Both the position numbers and the translations under genes were made by a program. Shown here in pieces: positions 10,316-21,050 of a stretch of 64,000 bases of DNA; position 1 is the stretch's first letter, and every line of letters begins with the position of its first letter. Source of the stretch: Deinococcus sp. (lineage in GTDB: Bacteria; Deinococcota; Deinococci; Deinococcales; Deinococcaceae); NCBI GenBank assembly GCA_965261005.1, contig OZ253375.1, positions 832,001-896,000 on the forward strand. Direction: 5' to 3'. Under the pieces are notes generated by a model. It searched no databases and was not told the DNA's origin. It saw only the letters and a list, made by a program, of their open reading frames with translations.

Positions 10316-11334
10316 CAAGGAAACTGGCGGCTGACCGGGGCCGCGCCCGATCCCAGCGGCACCGGCGCGCCCGCGCCGACCGAGGCCAGCACGGCCCCCG
10401 GCACCCCGGCCCGCACCGTCACGCCCGCCGGAAACTGCTTGCTGCTGCCCACGGCGGGAATGCCCTCGTACAGCACTTGGCCGCCGGCAGCCGTCACGCG
10501 CACCCACGAGCGGCCGGCGAAGCGCAAGGTTACGCCGCCGTCGCCGGGCGGGATTGAACCGGCCGCGTTCGGGGCTACTGGAGTGGCCGGAGCTGAATTG
10601 GCCGGAGCTGGGACGGCCTGGCCCGACGGGGCCTGCTCCGAAGCTGCCGTTCCCGAAGCCGCCGGCTTGTCCGGGGCGACCGAAAGGCCCACCGTCAGGT
10701 TGCGGCTTTGGTCGAGGGTCACCTGCTGGGTGACGGTGGTGTAGCCGCCCAGCTGCACGCGCAGCTGGCCGCTGGCCCGCGCCTCCAAGGGGAAACTCTC
10801 AATAGGCGTCTCGCCCAGGTAGCGGTTGTCCAGGTACACCCGCGCGCCGGCGGGCGTGCTGCTGACGTTGAGGCGAACCTGGCGCCCCAGCGCCGGCGCG
10901 CTGGGGACGGCGGGCGGCGAGGGCAGGCTGGCCGCCCGGGATTGCCACAGCGCGTAGCCGAACCAACCGGCGGCGCCCAGCACCACGGCGGCGCTCAGCA
11001 GCGCCAGGACGGCGCCAAAGGGAAGGACCGCGCGCCGCGCGCCGGCCGGGCCGCGCAGCGCTTGGCTGATCTCGGGGTGCTGCGGCATGGCGCGGTCGAA
11101 CTCGGCCAGGGGACCGCTCGCGTCCAGGCCCAATTCGGCGGCGTAGCGCCGCACGAAGCTGCGCGCGAAGGGGCGCTCGGGCAGCGCGGCGTAGTTGCCC
11201 TCCTCCAGCGCCCGCAGGTAGTCACCGCTGATCTTGGTGGCTTGGGCGACGTCTTGCAGCGAGCGGCCTTGCGCCTGGCGCGCTTGGCGCAGGCTTTCTC
11301 CGGCAGTCGAATGGCGCGCTTCCACGGGGGTCAA
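10315..11334 (-). CDS. RodZ-like protein (XRE HTH - TM - PEGA - DUF4115)
   Basis: GESLRQAR...LRALEEG...FARSFVRRYA HTH, one TM, SSTPAGARVYLD PEGA, SWVRV C-terminal domain. Confidence 0.8.
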   Translation of the reverse strand: MTPVEARHSTAGESLRQARQAQGRSLQDVAQATKISGDYLRALEEGNYAALPERPFARSFVRRYAAELGLDASGPLAEFDRAMPQHPEISQALRGPAGARRAVLPFGAVLALLSAAVVLGAAGWFGYALWQSRAASLPSPPAVPSAPALGRQVRLNVSSTPAGARVYLDNRYLGETPIESFPLEARASGQLRVQLGGYTTVTQQVTLDQSRNLTVGLSVAPDKPAASGTAASEQAPSGQAVPAPANSAPATPVAPNAAGSIPPGDGGVTLRFAGRSWVRVTAAGGQVLYEGIPAVGSSKQFPAGVTVRAGVPGAVLASVGAGAPVPLGSGAAPVSRQFP

Positions 11335-11367
11335 CTTATCATGAAGGTGGGGTCAGCAAGTCAAGGA

Positions 11368-12279
11368 TCACCCCTCGAAGGGGCGGCCCAGGGCGCGCGG
11401 GGCGCTGGCGCGGCCGGTGAAGATCAGGGCCAGCACCGTGATCAGGTAGGGGGTCGCCTCCACCAAGGCCGAGGGCAGGATGTCGCGCCCGCCGAGCTGA
11501 ATCGCCAGGGCGCGCAGCAAGCCGAACAGCACGGTGGCGCCCAGCACATTGAGCGGCCTCCACTTGCCGAAGATCAAGGCTGCCAGCGCGATAAACCCCT
11601 GTCCGGCCGACAAATTCTTGGTAAAGGCGTCGAGGTTGCCAATCGAGAGGAACACGCCCGCCGTGCCAGCCAGCGCCCCCGAGAGCGCCACGGCGCCGTA
11701 GCGCACCGCCGGCACGTTCACGCCCATCGAGGCGCTGGCCTCGGGGTGCTCCCCGGTGGCGCGCAGCCTGAGGCCGTAGGGGGTGCGGTAGAGCACGTAG
11801 GCGCTGAGGGCCACCATGACAAAGGCGAAGTACACCGGCGGCGAGAAGCTGAAGTCCCCCGAACCCCACAGCGGCAGCGGGTGCGCTACAGCGCGCGAGT
11901 CGGTCGAGGTGCCGTACAAGGCGTTGAGCAGCACCGGCGGCGCGCCCAGCGCGAGCAGGTTGATGGCAGTCCCCGAGATGATCTGGTCGGCGCGGTAGCG
12001 AATGCTGACCACGCCGTGGATCAGGGCGATCAGGGCGCCGGTCAGCGCGCCCAGCAGCCAGCCGGCCCACGGCGCCAAGGCGCCCAGCGGCGCGTCAAGC
12101 CGCTCGGTGAAGACCGCCCCGGCCAAGGCCCCGAAGATGATCAGGCCCTCCAGGGCGATGTTCACGACGCCGCTGCGCTCGCAATACAGGCCGCCCAGCG
12201 CGGTCAGCAAGAGGGGCACGATAAAGCGGATGGCCGACGCCACAAAGGCGAGCGTGAGCAGCTGTTCGAGCAAGGCCAT
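11368..12279 (-). CDS. Sugar/nucleoside ABC transporter permease
   Basis: Start ATG 12279 overlapping the upstream stop. ERSGVVNIALEG, GLRLRATGEHP, GQGFIALAALIFGKW. Confidence 0.9.
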   Translation of the reverse strand: MALLEQLLTLAFVASAIRFIVPLLLTALGGLYCERSGVVNIALEGLIIFGALAGAVFTERLDAPLGALAPWAGWLLGALTGALIALIHGVVSIRYRADQIISGTAINLLALGAPPVLLNALYGTSTDSRAVAHPLPLWGSGDFSFSPPVYFAFVMVALSAYVLYRTPYGLRLRATGEHPEASASMGVNVPAVRYGAVALSGALAGTAGVFLSIGNLDAFTKNLSAGQGFIALAALIFGKWRPLNVLGATVLFGLLRALAIQLGGRDILPSALVEATPYLITVLALIFTGRASAPRALGRPFEG

Positions 12280-14246
12280 CAGTCGCGCCTCCCGTCGCCC
12301 AGGGGGTTCGCCGCCGGCACCTGATTCGCGCCCGCGCCCGCGTTCCCCGAGGTGTTGTCCGGCACTTGGCCGAGGGCCTCCCGGCTTTCCAGGGTGCTCT
12401 CCGCGACGTTGGGCGTTCCCACCTCCGGTGGCGGGTCGGTCAGGCGCCGGGACAGAAAGCCGCCCGCCGCGATGAACAGCACGATCAGCGCCTTGAGCAC
12501 CGTCACGATGTCCTTGTCCACCTTGTCGAGCTGCTGGCTGACGTACAGGCCGCCGGTGTCGAGGGTGCCGAACAGCACGCTGGCCGCCACCACGCCCAGC
12601 GGGGTGGATTGACCCATCAGGGCGACCGTGATGCCGTCGAAGCCGACGCTCTCGAAGGGCAAATTCTGGCGCAGGCGGTACTCGTCGAGGGCGCCGCCCA
12701 TAACGTAGTGGGTGGCCGCGAGGCCCGCAAAGGCGCCCGCGACCGTCATGGCCAGCACGGTGTTCCTCGCCACGCTGATGCCGCCGTACTCGGCCGCCTT
12801 GGGCGAAAAGCCCACCGCCCTGAGCGCGTAGCCGCCCGAGGTGCGCCACATATACAGCGCGAAGAAAACCACGCTCGCCAGCGCGATCAGAAACGAGAGG
12901 TTCAGGCGGCTGGAGGTCACGTTGCCGGTCGCCTGAACCGTCACGCCGAACCACGACCACGAGGCGATCAGGGTCGCGGCGGCGGCCCCCAGGGAGACCG
13001 GCGTGCGGTACTTGCGCCGCGCCAAGGCGAAGTACAGCACCCCGAAGACCAAGAGGGCCAAGGCGGGCGCCAGCGTCAGAAAGCCTTGGGCGCCGCTTTG
13101 AAAGCCCAGCAGGTCGGGCACGCTGGGCAGCCGCGCGCCGGGCCGCAGCTCGTAGCTTCTGGCCTCGAAGCCGGGCGCCTTGAAGGGCAGGCTGTACTGA
13201 CGCCCGAACAAGGGAAAGCTGTTCGAGCCGATCAAAAAGATGAACAGCGACGAGGCGACGTAGTTGAGCATAATGGTGTTGATGACCTCGCTGGCCCCGA
13301 AGCGCGCCCTTAAAAAGCCCGGAATGGCCCCCCATAGGGCGCCGCCCAAGGCCGCCGCGATCACCGTGACCGGCAACAGCAGCACGCCCGGCAGCGGCAG
13401 GTACACGCCGGCCAGCATGGCGAACACCGCGCCGACCGCCAGCTGCCCCGGCGCCCCGATGTTAAAGAGGCCCGCCCGAAAGGCGAAGGCGACTGCCAGG
13501 CCCGTGAAAATCAGCGGCGTGGCCAAGGTCAAACTTTGGAAAAAGTCGCCCAGGTTGGTCAGCGGCGCGAACAAGGTCGAGTACACGAACCACACCAAGT
13601 CGAGCTTGCCGTACCACGCCACCGCCGGCGTGAGCGGCCCCTCCACCGGCACCGGCTGGATCACCAGCACCACGGCGGCGCCCACCACGATTGCCAACAA
13701 AACGGCGACCAGCGGCACCAGCAGGGCGCGCAAGCGGTTCAGCCGCCCATACCACGCGGGAAAGGCGCTCGCCCCCGCGACCAAGCTGGTCAGGCCCGAG
13801 GCGACCACCGCGAACATGCCCACGTTGAAGCCGCCCGAGCGGTAGGGAATGCGCCGCGCGGGCGTGCCCTGCGCGGCCAATTCGCGCGCCGCCGCGCCGA
13901 GGACGCCTTCAAAGGCGACCACCGCCAGCACGCCCAGCAGCAGGGTTAGCAAACCCGCCGCCCACAGCCAGCGCGACCTGAGCGCGCCCAGCAGCATGCT
14001 GAGCGCCAGGCCCGCCAGCGAGGCCCAGCCGAGGGCCAGGGCCAGCGGCGCGGCCGGCAAGTTCGGCGGCGCGAAGCCCGACACGTCCACCACCCGCCCC
14101 GGAAAGGCCAGCAGGGTCGCCGTGCCGCCGAAGCTGCGCCCGTAGGTCGCGTAGGGAAACGCGAACATTCCCGCCAGCGCCACGGCGGCGACGGCGGCGG
14201 CGAGCAGGGCCGCGAAGCGGGAGGGCCGAACCGGAAGAACGCTCAC
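12279..14246 (-). CDS. Sugar/nucleoside ABC transporter permease with N-terminal membrane extension
   Basis: TPLIFTGLAVAFAFRAGLFNIG, EVINTIMLNY, GFDGITVALMG. Confidence 0.9.
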   Translation of the reverse strand: MSVLPVRPSRFAALLAAAVAAVALAGMFAFPYATYGRSFGGTATLLAFPGRVVDVSGFAPPNLPAAPLALALGWASLAGLALSMLLGALRSRWLWAAGLLTLLLGVLAVVAFEGVLGAAARELAAQGTPARRIPYRSGGFNVGMFAVVASGLTSLVAGASAFPAWYGRLNRLRALLVPLVAVLLAIVVGAAVVLVIQPVPVEGPLTPAVAWYGKLDLVWFVYSTLFAPLTNLGDFFQSLTLATPLIFTGLAVAFAFRAGLFNIGAPGQLAVGAVFAMLAGVYLPLPGVLLLPVTVIAAALGGALWGAIPGFLRARFGASEVINTIMLNYVASSLFIFLIGSNSFPLFGRQYSLPFKAPGFEARSYELRPGARLPSVPDLLGFQSGAQGFLTLAPALALLVFGVLYFALARRKYRTPVSLGAAAATLIASWSWFGVTVQATGNVTSSRLNLSFLIALASVVFFALYMWRTSGGYALRAVGFSPKAAEYGGISVARNTVLAMTVAGAFAGLAATHYVMGGALDEYRLRQNLPFESVGFDGITVALMGQSTPLGVVAASVLFGTLDTGGLYVSQQLDKVDKDIVTVLKALIVLFIAAGGFLSRRLTDPPPEVGTPNVAESTLESREALGQVPDNTSGNAGAGANQVPAANPLGDGRRD

Positions 14247-14293
14247 CCCGGTATTGTAGACACCCGGCGCCCGCCTGCTAGCATAGCGGCGCT

Positions 14294-14710
14294 ATGGAGC
14301 GAACTTTTGCGATGGTCAAACCCGACGGCGTGCGGCGCGGCCTGACGGCCCGGATGTTGCAGCGCTTTCTCGACAAGGGCTACCGCGTGGTGGGCCTCAA
14401 GCAACTGGTCATCTCGCGCGAACTCGCCGAGCAGCACTACGCCGAGCACAAGGAGCGGCCCTTTTTCGACGAGCTGACCAGCTTTATCAGCTCCGGCCCG
14501 GTCGTGGCGATGGCGCTGGAGGGCGAGAACGTGATTTCCGGCCTCCGCGCCATGATGGGCGCCACCAACCCGGCCCAGGCCGAGAGCGGCACCTTTCGCG
14601 CCGATTATGCCACCACCATCGGCGAGAACGTGATTCACGGCAGCGCCAACCCGGAGGACGCGGCGCGGGAACTGGGCCTGTTTTTTCGTGAGGACGAGTT
14701 GCTGACCTGA
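14294..14710 (+). CDS. ndk: Nucleoside diphosphate kinase
   Basis: [28 protein letters not shown]. Confidence 0.97.
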   Translation: MERTFAMVKPDGVRRGLTARMLQRFLDKGYRVVGLKQLVISRELAEQHYAEHKERPFFDELTSFISSGPVVAMALEGENVISGLRAMMGATNPAQAESGTFRADYATTIGENVIHGSANPEDAARELGLFFREDELLT

Positions 14711-14748
14711 GCTGCATGAGCGCTTCTTGATGCTACAATAAAGGCACC

Positions 14749-14934
14749 ATGAACACGTTCGGCATGCGCCGGCTCAACCACCGCGATCAGTACCGCCAAT
14801 ACTTCGCCGTGACCGAAAACGGCGTGGACGTCGCCTACACCGACACGCCCGAAAAGGCCGAGCGTCTGATCGCCGCGCTGCGGGCCTTGAAACAGCTGTG
14901 TGAGCCGGAACAGGTTCAGGTGCAAACGGCGTAA
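14749..14934 (+). CDS. Small hypothetical protein (61 aa)
   Basis: TACAAT -10 box shortly upstream of the ATG; GC3-biased codons; fills an intergenic gap. Confidence 0.65.
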   Translation: MNTFGMRRLNHRDQYRQYFAVTENGVDVAYTDTPEKAERLIAALRALKQLCEPEQVQVQTA

Positions 14935-15004
14935 ATTGTTCAGAAAACGAGACCCCTCGCCCGCACACCTCCGCTACACTCACCTTGTGAGCAGCGGAGG
15001 TTGT

Positions 15005-16165
<1,161 letters not shown>

Positions 16166-16167
16166 GA

Positions 16168-16524
16168 TCAGGCGTCCGGGTCGGCGTCCCAATCGGTCAG
16201 GGCGTAGACCGTGAGCACGGTGCCGAGCAGGGTCGCAAAGTAGGCGCGCTCGGTTGGCCGTTTGAGGGCGCCCGTCAGCCAGGGCAGCGCCAGCAGGGCG
16301 GGCGCGCTGAAGAGTTCGATTTTGCCGTGGGTGGGAAAGGGGATCTCACGCGCGAGGCCGAGCGGGTAAGCGGTCAGGGCGCTCACGCCCAGATACGCCG
16401 CGCCGAACAGGTAGGACAGCGGGCGCGCGCTGCCCTTCAGGCCGAGCAGGCTGGGGGCAGCGAACGCCAACAGGACGGCGCCATAGTCAATGACGCCGTG
16501 AATTCTCGGGGAGATGGGCTTCAT
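16168..16524 (-). CDS. Small membrane protein (SPW-repeat-like)
   Basis: ISPRIHGVIDY...TAYPLG...IPFPTHGKIE; four hydrophobic segments. Confidence 0.7.
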   Translation of the reverse strand: MKPISPRIHGVIDYGAVLLAFAAPSLLGLKGSARPLSYLFGAAYLGVSALTAYPLGLAREIPFPTHGKIELFSAPALLALPWLTGALKRPTERAYFATLLGTVLTVYALTDWDADPDA

Positions 16525-16620
16525 GCGTCCACTCTCCGGTCGGAACGTGCGCCAAGACAAAGCCTGGCGTGAAGAAGCGTTCCTGAACCGCTGAGCTGGG
16601 CTTATAGGGACGACAGACGG

Positions 16621-17820
16621 TCAGGAGTCGCCGGGATTGGGAGGTTGCGGGTTGGAGCTGGGCGGCGCTTGCTCGTTGCCAGGAGTTGGATTGACCGGCG
16701 CCGCGCCGCCGGGCGCCTGTTCGCCTGGAAGCGGGTTGCTTGGCGCCTGATTGCCGGGAGCCGGCGACCCTGAAGTTGGCGGCCCTGAAGTTGGCGATGT
16801 GGCCGGGTCCCCGTCGTCGAACTTGCCGGTGATGGGATTTGTGCCACGCACGACCACCGCCTCGCCGCTGTCGAGGTTGTAGCGGATGGTCTCGGCGCGC
16901 AGGGTTTCCCCCGGCGTGATGGTCTCGGCCGGCTGCCCCGGCGTGCCGCGCAGAATGGCGACGTTCTGGCCGTCGTCGTAGTCCACCCGCCCGGCCTTGC
17001 TGGTGCGCTCGCCGTCCCTCAGCTGCACGTCCCCCACCAAGGTGGTGACCTGTTTTTCCACGTCCACGTCGATGCGCTTGCTGGAGCCGGTCAGCTTTTC
17101 GCGGGTAAAGCTGATCGGGCCGGACACCCGCGCGATGCCGTTTGACTCATCGTAGACCAGCTTGGAGCCGAGCAGCTTGGTCTTGCCCTGCGTGACGCGC
17201 ACGGTGTCGCTCGCCACCTTCGGGTCGGCCTCCACCTCGCACTTGCTCAGGCGGTCGGTCTTGCCCTCGGGCGCCTCGTCGAGGTACTTGGCGGTGCCAG
17301 AACTCATCTCGATGTGGCCGTCCCCCCCCGGTAGCTTGGAGATCACGGCCAGCGGCGCCCGGATCAGGTTTTTGTCCACCGTGACCTCCACCCCGCGCTC
17401 GGTGGTGTTGGAGTAGACCACGATGGTGGGCGCGTCCCCCGGGTCGTCGTCTTGGGGAGCGCAGGTGGCCGAGATGCCGGTCTCATCGGTGCCCACGCGC
17501 TCGATGTTGATGTTGCGCGTCTCACCCGACTTGGTCTTGCGTGTCAGGGTGATGGACACCGAGGGCAAGTCACCGCTCGGCGCGGCTGAAGGTTGGGCGC
17601 CGGAAGGTTGGGTATCAGTGGGCTGGGCGTCTGAGGGCTGGGCGTCGGTAGGTTGGATATCGGTGGGCTGGGCATCCGGCGCTTGATCCGGGGCCGAATC
17701 TGTGGCCGGCGCCTGGCGCTCGGGTGGGAGTGGGGCGCTCGGGGCTTGTTGCGCCAGCGCGGCGCCCAGCAAGAGCAGCGCCAGCGAGCGGGCGAGCCTC
17801 GCACCTGGGTACGGTTTCAC
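16621..17820 (-). CDS. LptA/OstA-family periplasmic beta-jellyroll protein with Pro/Gln-rich tails
   Basis: Signal peptide, QPTD/QPSD repeats, repeated L-x-G-x-V beta-strand pattern; downstream of lptC/lptA-like genes. Confidence 0.65.
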   Translation of the reverse strand: MKPYPGARLARSLALLLLGAALAQQAPSAPLPPERQAPATDSAPDQAPDAQPTDIQPTDAQPSDAQPTDTQPSGAQPSAAPSGDLPSVSITLTRKTKSGETRNINIERVGTDETGISATCAPQDDDPGDAPTIVVYSNTTERGVEVTVDKNLIRAPLAVISKLPGGDGHIEMSSGTAKYLDEAPEGKTDRLSKCEVEADPKVASDTVRVTQGKTKLLGSKLVYDESNGIARVSGPISFTREKLTGSSKRIDVDVEKQVTTLVGDVQLRDGERTSKAGRVDYDDGQNVAILRGTPGQPAETITPGETLRAETIRYNLDSGEAVVVRGTNPITGKFDDGDPATSPTSGPPTSGSPAPGNQAPSNPLPGEQAPGGAAPVNPTPGNEQAPPSSNPQPPNPGDS

Positions 17821-17852
17821 CCCTCTATCCTAGCGGCTGAACTCAACTTGGC

Positions 17853-18734
17853 CTACTTCTCGGTCGAGAGCTTGAACTGGTCCACCGGAATGGTGTAGCC
17901 GCCGGTGAGTTGCCGCACCCGCCCCAAATCGGTGCGCTGCTCCAGCACGTTGCCGGTCACCCTGGTGCCGTCCTTGGCGTTCATGCTGACGGCGTTGCCC
18001 ACGATCACGGCCAGGTTCTTAGCGTCGTTGTAGTACATGGCGTCGCCGGTGGTGGTGGTGTCGCCTGAGGTCAGCTTGACTTGGCCGTTCACGTACATCA
18101 GCTTGCTCTTGGTCAGCAGGCGCGCTTCCTGGCCGGTGATGGTCAGGGCCTTTTGCCGGCCCGAGGGGGCGCGGCTCATCTGCAAGTTGCCGGTCAGGCG
18201 GGCCAGCTCGCGCTTTTCGTCGAAGGTGAGCGCGTCGCTCTTGCCGTTCTGGGTGCCGCTTTGCAAGTTGACGTTGCCGGTGGAGGTGCTCACGTCGGTG
18301 TCCACGTCGAGGCTCATTTGGCCGGCGCTGATGGTCACCGGGTCGTCGGTCTTCTTATCGGGGGCGAAGGTCGCGCTGGGGCTGCCCTTGAGAACGCCCA
18401 CGCCGTTCAGCTCGGAGTAATCGAGGGTCGGCCCCTTGGCGGTCAGGCGCCCGCGCGTCACGGTCACGTCGCCGGAAAAGTCGGCCTCGCGCTTGCCCTC
18501 CGCGCTGGTGATGGGGGTGCCGCTTGGGGCCGACAGCACCGCCCTCGGCGCACTGATCTTGAGGGTGCTGACAGTGGCCTTGACGGGGTTCTGCGGGCTG
18601 CCGGTGAAGATGTATGGGCCGTTGCGCAAGTCGCCCGTGAAGCTCTTGCTCTCCATTTGCAAAATGCGCTCGTTCTTGTCGGCGGCGAGGGCGGCGCCCA
18701 GCAAGGCGACGAGCAACAGGGACGTGCGTTTCAT
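17853..18734 (-). CDS. LptA/OstA-family protein
   Basis: Signal peptide; FSGDVTVTRG, TGNVNLQSG, LTGNL, VNGQVKL, IVGNAV repeats. Confidence 0.7.
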   Translation of the reverse strand: MKRTSLLLVALLGAALAADKNERILQMESKSFTGDLRNGPYIFTGSPQNPVKATVSTLKISAPRAVLSAPSGTPITSAEGKREADFSGDVTVTRGRLTAKGPTLDYSELNGVGVLKGSPSATFAPDKKTDDPVTISAGQMSLDVDTDVSTSTGNVNLQSGTQNGKSDALTFDEKRELARLTGNLQMSRAPSGRQKALTITGQEARLLTKSKLMYVNGQVKLTSGDTTTTGDAMYYNDAKNLAVIVGNAVSMNAKDGTRVTGNVLEQRTDLGRVRQLTGGYTIPVDQFKLSTEK

Positions 18735-18761
18735 GGGGTCCTCCTCACGCGATTTCTGGAA

Positions 18762-19343
18762 TCACGGGTTTTTCTTTTTGGGCACGAGCTTGCCGTTCTT
18801 GCAGTCTTGGGTGCCGTCAAGGCGCGCGGTCAGCTTGCCGTCCTGAAGGGCGGTCTGCTTGAGGTCGAAGCTGGCCTGTACGGGACCGCCCGCGAAAGTC
18901 ACGTCGGGATAGACAATGCTCGCCTTCGGCGCGCTGAAACCGCTCTGTTGGTCAATGACAATCGGCTTCTCCTGCGTGCCGGTGAGCTTGACGGTCACGC
19001 ACTGGGACGGCACGTACAGGTCAGCCCTTTGCGTGCGCAGGTTGTCGCTCGCGTCAATAATCAGGCGGTCGGTGGTGATGGTGGTGTCCAGCTTGCCGTT
19101 CACGATGCGCTCGCCCACCTCGGGACGCTCGATGTTGGTCTCACTGCTGACGGGATCGAAGCTGATGCTGGGCGCGCGAAAGCGCCACTCGGCCTGGGTG
19201 TCCTGCGCCGGGTACAGCCTGAGCTGCACGCCGCGCAGGGTCACGCCCGACTGGGCGCTCAGCGTGGAGGGTTCGGGCAGCAGGGCCACCACCACCGCGA
19301 GCACGAGAAGCGCGACGAGCAGGGCGTAACTGTACTTGAGCAC
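18762..19343 (-). CDS. LptC-like protein
   Basis: Single N-terminal TM, beta-rich body with WRFRA; directly upstream of the LptA-like genes. Confidence 0.5.
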   Translation of the reverse strand: MLKYSYALLVALLVLAVVVALLPEPSTLSAQSGVTLRGVQLRLYPAQDTQAEWRFRAPSISFDPVSSETNIERPEVGERIVNGKLDTTITTDRLIIDASDNLRTQRADLYVPSQCVTVKLTGTQEKPIVIDQQSGFSAPKASIVYPDVTFAGGPVQASFDLKQTALQDGKLTARLDGTQDCKNGKLVPKKKNP

Positions 19344-19432
19344 GCCTTAAGCATCCGCGACGGGGCCATGAAAACGGTGAAGCGAAACTGACCCGGCCAG
19401 TCAGGCCGGAAAAAATCACTTAGTGTGGCCGC

Positions 19433-20209
19433 ATGTTCGATTCGCACTGCCACCTCGACTACTTGGAGAACCCGGCGGGGGCGCTGGGCGAACTGGGCCT
19501 CACGGGCCTGCTGTGCGTCGGCGCGGACCCGGAGCACGCCCAAAACGCCATAGCGCTGGCCGAGCAGTTTCCGCAAGTCTGGGCCAGCGCCGGCCTACAC
19601 CCCACCGAGGCGGCGCGCGACACGCCGGGGCTGCGCGCCGAGATCGAGCGCCTGAGCTTGCACCCGCGCGTGGTCGCCATCGGGGAGAGCGGGCTGGACG
19701 ATTATTGGGACGACACCCGGCGAGCCGTCCAGCTCGGCGCGCTGGAGTGGCAGCTCGACCTCGCGCGGCGGCGCGACCTTCCCATTATCATTCACACCCG
19801 CGACAAGGCGGGCCAGGACGGCGCGGCGCGCGGCTGCGCCGAGGCGTTATCGGCGGCGAATTGGCCGAAGGGTATTCTGCACTGCTTCAGCGGCCACGCC
19901 GCCTTGCTGCGCGCCGGGCTGGACCTCGGCTTTTACGTCTCCTTTGCGGGCAACGTCACCTACAAGAGCGCCCACGCCATCCGCGAGGCGGCCCGCTTCG
20001 TGCCCGGGGACCGCCTGCTGATCGAGACCGACGCGCCCTTTCTGGCCCCCGTACCCAAACGCGGCCAGCCCAACCGGCCCGGCTACGCGCGCTACACCCT
20101 GCAATTTCTGGCCGGGTGGCTGGGGGTGCCTGGGGCGGAACTGGAGGCGCTCACCGAGCAGAACGCGCGCCGGGTCTACGGCCTGCCCGAGTCCGATTTG
20201 TCCGGATGA
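19433..20209 (+). CDS. tatD: TatD family hydrolase
   Basis: [37 protein letters not shown]. Confidence 0.92.
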   Translation: MFDSHCHLDYLENPAGALGELGLTGLLCVGADPEHAQNAIALAEQFPQVWASAGLHPTEAARDTPGLRAEIERLSLHPRVVAIGESGLDDYWDDTRRAVQLGALEWQLDLARRRDLPIIIHTRDKAGQDGAARGCAEALSAANWPKGILHCFSGHAALLRAGLDLGFYVSFAGNVTYKSAHAIREAARFVPGDRLLIETDAPFLAPVPKRGQPNRPGYARYTLQFLAGWLGVPGAELEALTEQNARRVYGLPESDLSG

Positions 20210-20339
20210 CTTGGCCGTGGCCCGCGCTGGGCGTGCCGCTGCGCCCCGACGAGGACGCCTGGCCGCGCTTCGAGTCCTCGCGGCGGGATTGGGACGCGCC
20301 GCACCGGCGGGCGCCGGAGCAGTTCGGCTACGCCGAAAT

Positions 20340-20921
20340 TCACAACAAACCCCGCTCCAGCAGCGCCGAACGGGCGTAGAACAAGCTCAGGGCGCTGGGG
20401 GCGTTGGGAAGCTCGCCGGCGTCCAGGCGGCGGTAGACCTCTGGCGCCGGCACGATCCACACCTCAATCAGCTCCCCCGCTTCCGGGGACGCCTCGCCCA
20501 GCGTCACGCCGAAGGCGACGAAGGGATGAAAGACCTGCCCGGTGAAGCTCGGCTGCGGGCAGAAGGTGGGCAGCGCCAGCCACCCGCTCGCCGCGCCGCC
20601 CACCTCCTCGCGCAATTCGCGCGCGGCGGCGGCCAGCGGTTCCTCGCCGGCCTCCACCCCGCCCGCCACGGTCTCAAGCAGGGTGGTCCGCAGCGGGTAG
20701 CGGTATTGGCGCAGCAAGACGATCTCCCCCGCCGGCGTCACGGGCACCACCACGGTCGCCCGGCCGCCGCGCGGGCGGTAGACGTACTGTTCCTCGCCGC
20801 CGCCGTGCAGCCGCAGCGTGTCGCGCCACAGCGGCGGCGCGGCGCACAGCTCGGCGCGCGACAGCACGGTCCAGGGTTGCTCGGCGTCTGGCTGCAAAAA
20901 GGGGCCATCCAGGAAAGACAT
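20340..20921 (-). CDS. NUDIX hydrolase (ADP-ribose pyrophosphatase-like)
   Basis: RQYRYP and Nudix box GGVEAGEEPLAAAARELREEVG. Confidence 0.88.
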   Translation of the reverse strand: MSFLDGPFLQPDAEQPWTVLSRAELCAAPPLWRDTLRLHGGGEEQYVYRPRGGRATVVVPVTPAGEIVLLRQYRYPLRTTLLETVAGGVEAGEEPLAAAARELREEVGGAASGWLALPTFCPQPSFTGQVFHPFVAFGVTLGEASPEAGELIEVWIVPAPEVYRRLDAGELPNAPSALSLFYARSALLERGLL

Positions 20922-21050
20922 GCCGGCAGCCTACCCGTTTGCCACGCGCGTTTGTGACCGCGCGTTTTGCCAAGCGAGTTTGTAAGCTTTGCATGTTTAT
21001 GAGCTTTTCCGCGTGCCTCCTCACCGGCGCGCGTTTACAGTGAGGTTCAT

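Noticed and set aside
10172..10744. Plus-strand 190-aa ORF
   Set aside because: Starts in the intergenic repeat and runs antisense to the rodZ-like gene.
11368..13335. 655-aa ORF call for the second permease, and other extended starts (5340, 8528, 43006, 44588, 49936, 36761)
   Set aside because: N-terminal extensions overlap other genes or promoters; internal starts with RBS, coupling or -10 boxes fit better.
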